DNA of 54,288 nucleotides from Bacteriovoracaceae bacterium (GTDB lineage Bacteria; Bdellovibrionota; Bacteriovoracia; Bacteriovoracales; Bacteriovoracaceae): NCBI GenBank assembly GCA_041586955.1, contig JBFGZE010000012.1, positions 1 to 54,288 of the forward strand, read 5' to 3'. Shown piece by piece: positions 47,582 to 54,288 of this stretch (position 1 is its first letter; each line of letters starts with the position of its first letter). The notes under the pieces were generated by a model. It saw only the letters and a program-made list of their open reading frames with translations, ran no database searches and was not told where the DNA came from. The position numbers and the translations under genes were made by a program.

Positions 47582-49578
47582 TGTTCGGTGAAGATGATAT
47601 CGTCAAATCCCATAAGCTAAGGGCCGATCTAATTGGTCACATTATGGTAATTTGTTTTCTTGGTATTGTGGCCAGGCTTTGGTTTTTACAAGTTTTCCAT
47701 GGTGAAAGGTTTTTGGAGTACTCAACAAAAAACCGCCTACGTAAAGAAATTCAAAAAGCACCTCGGGGGATGATTTATAGTCGCAATAATCAAGTGATGG
47801 TCTATAATACCCCTCGTTTTGATGCTGTTATTACTCCGCAGTTTTTAAAAAATAAGAAAGAGACGATTAAAAAATTATCTGTCATTTTGGAAATGACGGA
47901 AAAACAAATTGCGAAAAGGTTAAAAAAGTATTTGGGGCAACCAAAATACGTACCGGTTATTATCAAGAAGAATCTATCAAATAGAGAATTGGCAATTATT
48001 GAAACTGAAAATAATAAACTGCCTGGAGTCACCGTTAATACATTTATTAGCCGTGAATATAGCGATAAAGAAATTGGCAGTCATTTAGTAGGTTATATTT
48101 CGGAGATTTCGCAATCTCAGCTGCCCAAATATAAAAAGCGTGACCGATTTAATTATAAATTAGGCGACTTTATTGGCCAATCGGGAATAGAACAAAAATA
48201 TGATCTTAAATTACGTGGTGAAGATGGGCATGTCTTTGTAGAGGTCGATGCTCGTGGCCGAATGAAACGCTATATTGGCAATGAATCTCTGTTTGGTGGC
48301 ACCATTAACAATAAGCAATCTAAGCCGGGTAATAATATTAAATTAACTATTGATCGCGATATGCAAATTGCCGCCTATAAAGCGCTTGAAGGTAAAGTGG
48401 GTAGTGCTGTTGCAGTAGATGTTCATACTGGAGAGATTTTGACGATGGTGTCGAGACCTTCATTTGATCCATCTCAATTTAGTCGTGGCCTCTCTTCAGA
48501 GTATTGGAACTCATTAGTACAAAACGAGAATAATCCCATGTGGGACCGGACAGTGCAGGAACATTATGCGCCAGGATCAACTTTTAAAACAATAACTGCT
48601 ATTGCAGCGCTAGAAGAGGGAGTTATTACCAGCGATAAAGAATTGAGCTGTGGCCCAAGCTTTCGCTTGGGAAAAAGAAATTACCATGATTGGAAACGCG
48701 GTGGCCATGGGATGACAGATGTTTATAAATCATTAAGAAGATCGGTTGATGTTTATTATTATAAATTGGCCACTCTTATGGATATTGATACTATCTCTGA
48801 ATACGCCAAGCGTTTAGGCTTTGGCAAAAAAACGGGAATCGAATTATCACGTGAAAGGCCGGGATTGATTCCCACAAAGGAATGGAAGAAGAAGCGCTTT
48901 GGAATTCCTTGGCAAAAAGGGGAAACCTTATCCTGTGCCATTGGCCAATCCTTTGTTTTGGCGACGCCTTTACAATTGGCCCTGGCCTACGCTGCAATTG
49001 CCAACGGCGGCAAGGTCTATAAACCAATTCTTCTAAAAGAAATTTTCACCAACGAAGGTGAAGTTATTCAAAAAGCAGATACAGAATTGATAAGTAACGC
49101 AAATATCTCAGATAAAACCCTTAAAACCATTCGCAAGGCCCTCTCTCAAGTTGCCTATGACCCTAAAGGGACCGCCTGGTGGTATAAAGGTTTTGGAACT
49201 CGCATGGCCGGAAAAACAGGAACCGCCCAAGTGCGCAGTATGAATAAAAAGGAATTATTTTCAAAATGTGAAGAGATGCCAATGAAATCGCGCCACCACG
49301 GCGTTTTTGTGGGATTTGCTCCATCTCATGACCCTAAAATCGCCGTTGCCTCGGTGGTCGAACATGGCTGTCATGGTTCATCTGCGGCGGTGCCTGTTGT
49401 TCGAGATGTGATGATCGCCTATATGAAAAAGTATTATCCTCAAGATTTCAAAAGGTATGAAAAAGAAGATCGCGCCTTTTATAAAAAATGGATTGCCGCC
49501 CGATATAAGAAAAAAGAAGAAGTTAAAACAAACGCCGAAGCCGGGCAGACCTCTACTGAAAATAAAGAAACGGAATAG
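47581..49578 (+). CDS. mrdA: Penicillin-binding protein 2
   Basis: APRG.I, PGSTFK (SxxK), SVD (SxN-equivalent), GKTGTAQ. Confidence 0.95.
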   Translation: MFGEDDIVKSHKLRADLIGHIMVICFLGIVARLWFLQVFHGERFLEYSTKNRLRKEIQKAPRGMIYSRNNQVMVYNTPRFDAVITPQFLKNKKETIKKLSVILEMTEKQIAKRLKKYLGQPKYVPVIIKKNLSNRELAIIETENNKLPGVTVNTFISREYSDKEIGSHLVGYISEISQSQLPKYKKRDRFNYKLGDFIGQSGIEQKYDLKLRGEDGHVFVEVDARGRMKRYIGNESLFGGTINNKQSKPGNNIKLTIDRDMQIAAYKALEGKVGSAVAVDVHTGEILTMVSRPSFDPSQFSRGLSSEYWNSLVQNENNPMWDRTVQEHYAPGSTFKTITAIAALEEGVITSDKELSCGPSFRLGKRNYHDWKRGGHGMTDVYKSLRRSVDVYYYKLATLMDIDTISEYAKRLGFGKKTGIELSRERPGLIPTKEWKKKRFGIPWQKGETLSCAIGQSFVLATPLQLALAYAAIANGGKVYKPILLKEIFTNEGEVIQKADTELISNANISDKTLKTIRKALSQVAYDPKGTAWWYKGFGTRMAGKTGTAQVRSMNKKELFSKCEEMPMKSRHHGVFVGFAPSHDPKIAVASVVEHGCHGSSAAVPVVRDVMIAYMKKYYPQDFKRYEKEDRAFYKKWIAARYKKKEEVKTNAEAGQTSTENKETE

Positions 49579-49580
49579 AT

Positions 49581-50693
49581 ATGAATTTCACCAGATTGCT
49601 AGAAATATTTAAACGATACGATATAACCTTTTTTGGTATTTCAACGGCAATTTTTCTGATGGGCCTGGCCAATCTCTATTCTGCCACTAATGCCTCTTCC
49701 TCATCACATATGGCCGGACTTTATAAAGTTCAATTGGCCTGGTATGGAATTTCTCTTGTGGTGGGAGTTATCGTCAGCTTTATTCGGCCAAAAAACTTCT
49801 TCCGCTATTCTTATCTTTTCTATGCTTTTAATATTTTTCTTTTAATTATGGTTCTGATTCTTGGCCACAAAGGGATGGGAGCGCAGCGCTGGATTCTTTT
49901 GGGACCGATTCGCTTTCAGCCATCTGAATTATCTAAGATCGCTCTGATTTTAGTATTGGCCCGTTGGTTTACAAAATCAAACCCTGATCGAGAAATGGGA
50001 TTTAAAGAGCTTCTTGTTCCAGGCCTTTTGGCCTTCATCCCGACAATTCTTATTGTTCTTGAGCCAGACCTTGGTACCGGACTTTTACATCTTCTGGTCT
50101 TTTTTATCATGTGTTTTTACCGTAAATTGCGTTGGAAAACGATTGGAGTCATTGCCATCCTGGGGATCATTAGTGGTGGATTTATGTACCAATTTGGCCT
50201 TAAAGAGTATCAACGAAAAAGGGTTGTCACCTTTTTAAATCCTGGATCTGATGCTCGAGGCTCTGGTTATAATGCGATCCAATCAAAAATTGCCATTGGC
50301 TCTGGTCAATTTTGGGGTAAAGGATTTAGGAAATCGAGTCAGGCCTCTCTCAATTATTTACCTGAAAACCATACGGATTTTGTTTTTTCAATTTTCAATG
50401 AGGAGCATGGATTTTTTGGCAGTTTATTGATTATTTCCCTTTATGTTATCCTTCTCTATCGTTTTATTCACTTGGCGACCTCGATGACAAGGATTTTCGA
50501 TTCCATTGTTGTTATGGGGATTATGTCGCTCTTTTTTTGGCATACCTTTATCAATATGGGGATGGTTATGGGGCTTATGCCTATTGTCGGCCTTCCTCTT
50601 CCTTTGATGTCATACGGGGGTTCGAGTTTGCTAACCTTTAGTATCTGTAATGGCATGGCCACCAGTATCTCCAATTCCCGCAATCTTTTTTAA
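49581..50693 (+). CDS. rodA: Rod shape-determining protein RodA
   Basis: GAQRWI, QPSE, EPDLGT, LPENHTDF, SYGGSS. Confidence 0.96.
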   Translation: MNFTRLLEIFKRYDITFFGISTAIFLMGLANLYSATNASSSSHMAGLYKVQLAWYGISLVVGVIVSFIRPKNFFRYSYLFYAFNIFLLIMVLILGHKGMGAQRWILLGPIRFQPSELSKIALILVLARWFTKSNPDREMGFKELLVPGLLAFIPTILIVLEPDLGTGLLHLLVFFIMCFYRKLRWKTIGVIAILGIISGGFMYQFGLKEYQRKRVVTFLNPGSDARGSGYNAIQSKIAIGSGQFWGKGFRKSSQASLNYLPENHTDFVFSIFNEEHGFFGSLLIISLYVILLYRFIHLATSMTRIFDSIVVMGIMSLFFWHTFINMGMVMGLMPIVGLPLPLMSYGGSSLLTFSICNGMATSISNSRNLF

Positions 50694-50763
50694 AACAGGT
50701 ATTGAAATTGCAATAATATCTCATAAGGAAGACCTTTAACTGTTTGAGAAGGAATTATTGTTT

Positions 50764-51027
50764 ATGAAATGGGCATTTGTTGCACTTTTGGTCAATATAG
50801 TCATTAGTAACGGACTTTGGGCCCAGGACCAGGTGACTCTTAAGTCATTAGATTTAAAGACCTTTAAAATCGTTAAAAAAACCTTATGGCATAAAGGCAT
50901 GAAGGGAAGGGTGAACGTTTTTGGTCTGCCGGAGCAAGATTCACTTTCAATCAATGAGGTCTTGGGTGATATTAAGGTTGACCCTCATATTGATTCTCAC
51001 TCTGAAACATTGAAAAATATTAATTGA
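50764..51027 (+). CDS. Small hypothetical secreted protein
   Basis: AAGGA RBS, signal-like MKWAFVALLVNIVISNGLWA. Confidence 0.5.
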   Translation: MKWAFVALLVNIVISNGLWAQDQVTLKSLDLKTFKIVKKTLWHKGMKGRVNVFGLPEQDSLSINEVLGDIKVDPHIDSHSETLKNIN

Positions 51028-51036
51028 ATGTGTTAT

Positions 51037-51057
51037 ATAGTCTTATATAAGGACTAT
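51037..51057. promoter_or_regulatory. Candidate MarR operator
   Basis: ATAGTC-N9-GACTAT inverted repeat ending 5 nt before the MarR start. Confidence 0.5.
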
Positions 51058-51062
51058 GTGCT

Positions 51063-51524
51063 ATGAAACGTATTTCCAGGATTGGATCATTATCAAAACA
51101 AATTTATCGCGCTTATTCTCTGGCGCTCATTGATAAATTAACGGACAAAGGCTTTTCAGATTTACGCCCGAGCTTTCTCGAAGTTCTCATCTCTCTTAGC
51201 GAATACTCCGAAGCTCCCAGTATTAAAGAAATTGGACAAACTTTAGGCCTAAAAAAGCAAACGATGACCAGTCACCTAAATGAGTTGGAGGTTCGGGGCT
51301 ATATTGACCGACGAGTGAACTCCATGGATAAGCGTGAGCAGAACATATTTCTCACAGGTGAGGGCCAGCACTTTAAATTGATTTTGAAAGAATGTATCAA
51401 TGACCTAGAGAGAGATTTTGGTCGCCTGATAGGTGAAGTTGAGTTAGATCGTGTGGAGCATTTTTTAGAGCAATTTCATAGTAAGATGGCCCAATATGGG
51501 AATTCCCAGCTCGATTTATTTTAA
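51063..51524 (+). CDS. MarR-family transcriptional regulator
   Basis: wHTH: KQTMTSHLNELEVRGYI.R...DKRE..I.LT.EG. Confidence 0.92.
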   Translation: MKRISRIGSLSKQIYRAYSLALIDKLTDKGFSDLRPSFLEVLISLSEYSEAPSIKEIGQTLGLKKQTMTSHLNELEVRGYIDRRVNSMDKREQNIFLTGEGQHFKLILKECINDLERDFGRLIGEVELDRVEHFLEQFHSKMAQYGNSQLDLF

Positions 51525-52426
51525 AAGCTGGGGTAGAAATTTCCAAAATAAATATTTCCCGTTATTACAGTCGTTAGAAAACAAGATGTAAAAAATGTCG
51601 CCCCTTCGTAAATGCCATAACCAGGTTCGGCCTCAACTCCATCTTTAACCAGAGCTCCATTTTCATTTTCCAAGTCATTTTGCAATTTAAAAATAACTTT
51701 AATGCCCTTGATAAAAATAGGCAGGATGATAAGGGAGAGAAGGATCTTGAGGATAATTTGAATACTGAACCACTTAATATCGACCATTTGATGATGAAAT
51801 GAGGAGGCGATCAAAACGGTCCAGCCAAAGATAAAACCCATATAGGAAAATGAGACGGCCAAATTCTTCTGCACAAGATTTTTGTTTAAAGATAGCTTAG
51901 ATAGAATTTTAAATGACTTGGTGGAAAAACCTATGAGAACTACAGCGTAGAGCCATAATAAAATAAAGATAACGATATTATGCTCAGATACTTGCTGAAT
52001 GGTTTTAATGAGGTAGGCCAAGCTGATTGATTGAGAAAAAGAGATGAGTGCGTAGGCCATATTTTTTCTTTTGGGGATTTCATCTTTATAGTCAAAGTTA
52101 TAGAGAACAATACTTTCAAGAATATAAATGGAGATCAGATAAAAAACGATTCCTATTATCGATTGGATGAGAAAGTCAGAAATCGTGAGTATGAGTCCCT
52201 CTGAAATGCGAAAGTTAAACTGTTGGTAAATAATGCCAATACCTATAATGCGGGCAAATAAATGAATCGTATCTGCGGAGTTTTTCGAGGGGAAAATTCG
52301 TTTAAATATTTGTTTGCGAGCTGAGGGGTAGAGAATATGATGAGCATATTTATAGATAATCAGGGTAAGGCAAACAAAGATGGATAAAACAATTCGGAGA
52401 ATCAATTTATCAAATAACTCATTCAT
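51521..52426 (-). CDS. Multi-pass membrane protein, DUF350-like repeats
   Basis: About 8 TM segments; repeated K.N(M/L)A(Y/V) motifs. Confidence 0.6.
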   Translation of the reverse strand: MNELFDKLILRIVLSIFVCLTLIIYKYAHHILYPSARKQIFKRIFPSKNSADTIHLFARIIGIGIIYQQFNFRISEGLILTISDFLIQSIIGIVFYLISIYILESIVLYNFDYKDEIPKRKNMAYALISFSQSISLAYLIKTIQQVSEHNIVIFILLWLYAVVLIGFSTKSFKILSKLSLNKNLVQKNLAVSFSYMGFIFGWTVLIASSFHHQMVDIKWFSIQIILKILLSLIILPIFIKGIKVIFKLQNDLENENGALVKDGVEAEPGYGIYEGATFFTSCFLTTVITGNIYFGNFYPSF

Positions 52427-52427
52427 T

Positions 52428-53108
52428 TTATTTCTCTTTCGTTAACGGGAATTTTATAAAACGGCTGAAGATGCCCCGGAAATTGAGTTTATAAAAAATA
52501 CTTTTTTTCTTGATGATAGGAAAGGCCAGTGCTGAAATTCGCCCCTCTCTGCCAAATTCTTGATCGTCACCAAAATAAGGTTTTTCTAATGATTCATGAA
52601 CTTTTGATTGTTTAAAGAACTCATAGGTCGGAGTGAAATCTTGCCAGCCAAGTATTTCTGGTAAGTGGCGGTAGGCGCGATGAAAGCTCCAGGTTTTTCG
52701 ACCAGATTTTTCATAATTCCAATGGCCATAAGAGGGATCGCCGACGTAGAGAGTGCCAGGAGGCATGGGAGTCGTAAATTCCTTGAGGGTGCGCTCTTGT
52801 CGTCGGAAAATTGACATACCACGATAGGGCCTAATCTTTTCATAGAATTCACGCGAGGTACGGACGACGATAATTTCAGGAGAGCTATAAAGGTGAATGA
52901 CTTTTAATTTGAGATAATAAGTTTTGATGAGGAAGCCGGCCTTCATCTCATCAATATATTGAATGCTTAAGGGGGCACCTTTAAATTCTCCAGAGATCAC
53001 CAATTCATTTTGCACAAATTTATTGCGGTTTTCTGAAGGCGAGAAGCTTTTAGATAATCCTAGAAAAATGAGGATTAGGAGAATATAGATCGATATGCTA
53101 TTCATCAT
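52428..53108 (-). CDS. Hypothetical exported or membrane-anchored protein
   Basis: N-terminal hydrophobic segment; PPGTLYVGDPSYGHW motif; abuts the downstream membrane gene. Confidence 0.7.
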   Translation of the reverse strand: MMNSISIYILLILIFLGLSKSFSPSENRNKFVQNELVISGEFKGAPLSIQYIDEMKAGFLIKTYYLKLKVIHLYSSPEIIVVRTSREFYEKIRPYRGMSIFRRQERTLKEFTTPMPPGTLYVGDPSYGHWNYEKSGRKTWSFHRAYRHLPEILGWQDFTPTYEFFKQSKVHESLEKPYFGDDQEFGREGRISALAFPIIKKKSIFYKLNFRGIFSRFIKFPLTKEK

Positions 53109-53152
53109 AGATATAGATATTATCCTCTATAATTGATTAAATCTCAATTAAT

Positions 53153-54288
53153 CTAACTGTTAATCAATCCTAGTATTTGACTCTTCTGCATTTTTGTTAA
53201 GCTGTTCATGTCGCAATGGAGGCGGTTAACAGCATGGGATTGGCTAAACTTAGAGAAAAGATCAGTCGATTCATCAATATTGAAATAGATTTTGTTTTTA
53301 CTACCTGCCAAATTACGGACTACTTTGATAGGAGAAATGCCATCTTCACTCTGATTATAATATTTGGATAAGCGACCGGTGGAGCTACAGCGAATGAATT
53401 CAATCTTTTCAGCAGTCATATAGGCCTGAATCTTATCTAAGGTTTGCAATTGACCTTCATTAAAAGACTCAAAAATTTTATCTGGAATTTGATTGTTTAC
53501 AATCGCTTGAGCATAGGGGTTTTGACTCTTTCTCATAACCTTTAGCAGGTGATGATCGTCATGTTCCACATAGGCCTCGATATCTGCAGGAATTCGATAC
53601 TCAAGGGGTGAGGTTTCGAAATATTTATAAAGTAATTGTTCTAAACAAACGGCACGGTAATGAAAGTACACCATCAAAAACATATGATAACGGCTTAAAA
53701 GAAAGTCATCAAAAGTTACAGTCGCTCGCTCGGTAATGCCTAGAGATGCCTTCTTGTCGATGACGCAAATTTCAAGGTTATCGATGAGCCAGTCCAAGTC
53801 AAAGCCACCATAACTTACGCCACAAAAATAGGAATCTCTTAGGAGGTAATCCATACGATCACAATCTAGTTCACTAGAGATTAATTGATGGAGAAGAGAA
53901 AAATAATTAATACTATCGACGGTATAATAATCTGGGTCGGTGGTTTGGCCAACGATTAGGTCGGCAATATGGCGGCGAGTAAGACCGAATTTTTTTTCAA
54001 CTAAAGAAAAGGCCTCAGAGAAGCTACTATCGGCTATCGATTTAATCGTATAATCTTCATGTGTTGCCTGACGCTCAATTCCAATATCTTTTTTCTTAAT
54101 AAAGCCCTTGGGGATATTGAGCTCGCTCATATTGGGCATGACTGTTTCGGTGGAATGACTAAGGGGGGCATGCCCAATATCATGGAGGAGGCAGCCTAAT
54201 TTAAAAGTTTCTTTAAGGCGTTGAATATCAGGATTTTGCAATTTATTTTGGAATAATTTATTAAAGTCACTGTTACCAATATTCATGA
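53153..54288 (-). CDS. HD-domain phosphohydrolase (dNTP triphosphohydrolase/SAMHD1-like), 5' end outside the window
   Basis: LLHDIGHAPLSH, HE, LDCDRMDYLLRDS, R..M...VYFH. Confidence 0.88.
   Translation of the reverse strand, partial: MNIGNSDFNKLFQNKLQNPDIQRLKETFKLGCLLHDIGHAPLSHSTETVMPNMSELNIPKGFIKKKDIGIERQATHEDYTIKSIADSSFSEAFSLVEKKFGLTRRHIADLIVGQTTDPDYYTVDSINYFSLLHQLISSELDCDRMDYLLRDSYFCGVSYGGFDLDWLIDNLEICVIDKKASLGITERATVTFDDFLLSRYHMFLMVYFHYRAVCLEQLLYKYFETSPLEYRIPADIEAYVEHDDHHLLKVMRKSQNPYAQAIVNNQIPDKIFESFNEGQLQTLDKIQAYMTAEKIEFIRCSSTGRLSKYYNQSEDGISPIKVVRNLAGSKNKIYFNIDESTDLFSKFSQSHAVNRLHCDMNSLTKMQKSQILGLINS

Noticed and set aside
1..54288. CRISPR arrays, tRNA/rRNA genes, integrase or prophage genes, and the many short overlapping ORFs in the track
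   Set aside because: No regularly spaced repeats or RNA-gene signatures were seen; the short ORFs lie within or antisense to well-supported genes.

Overview
Chromosomal window that most likely comes from a predatory Bdellovibrionota bacterium (Bacteriovoracaceae/Halobacteriovorax-like). This is inferred from gene content and order, not from a database match. Core genes: nitrilase fragment, NifU/NfuA domain, GT2, rsmE, a minimal SF2 helicase plus recO, msbA-like ABC, dimeric glycyl-tRNA ligase, ppdK, mpl, metK, a flagellar cluster (two sigma54-type activators, TPR protein, flgBC-fliEFGHIJ-MotE-like-fliK-flgD-TIGR02530-flgE), ferredoxin, ppiD-like, mreC-mreD-mrdA-rodA, MarR, DUF350-like and an HD phosphohydrolase. 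An accessory region of about 8.5 kb (4.0-12.5 kb) holds a diverged copy of part of recO, IS66 and LysR remnants, a large multidomain lipoprotein ending in a pectate-lyase-like domain, and a decayed Ig/Fn3 surface-protein gene. Top candidates for novelty: (1) a 732-aa exported lipoprotein joining an intact Fic motif to a C-terminal cholera/pertussis-toxin-like R-S-E ADP-ribosyltransferase signature, behind a sigma28-like promoter and set among peptidoglycan-processing genes (including a candidate SleB-like enzyme); (2) a two-hairpin RNA element between the TIGR02530 gene and flgE; (3) a degenerate sigma54 activator lacking GAFTGA and Walker B. I saw no rRNA, tRNA or CRISPR array.
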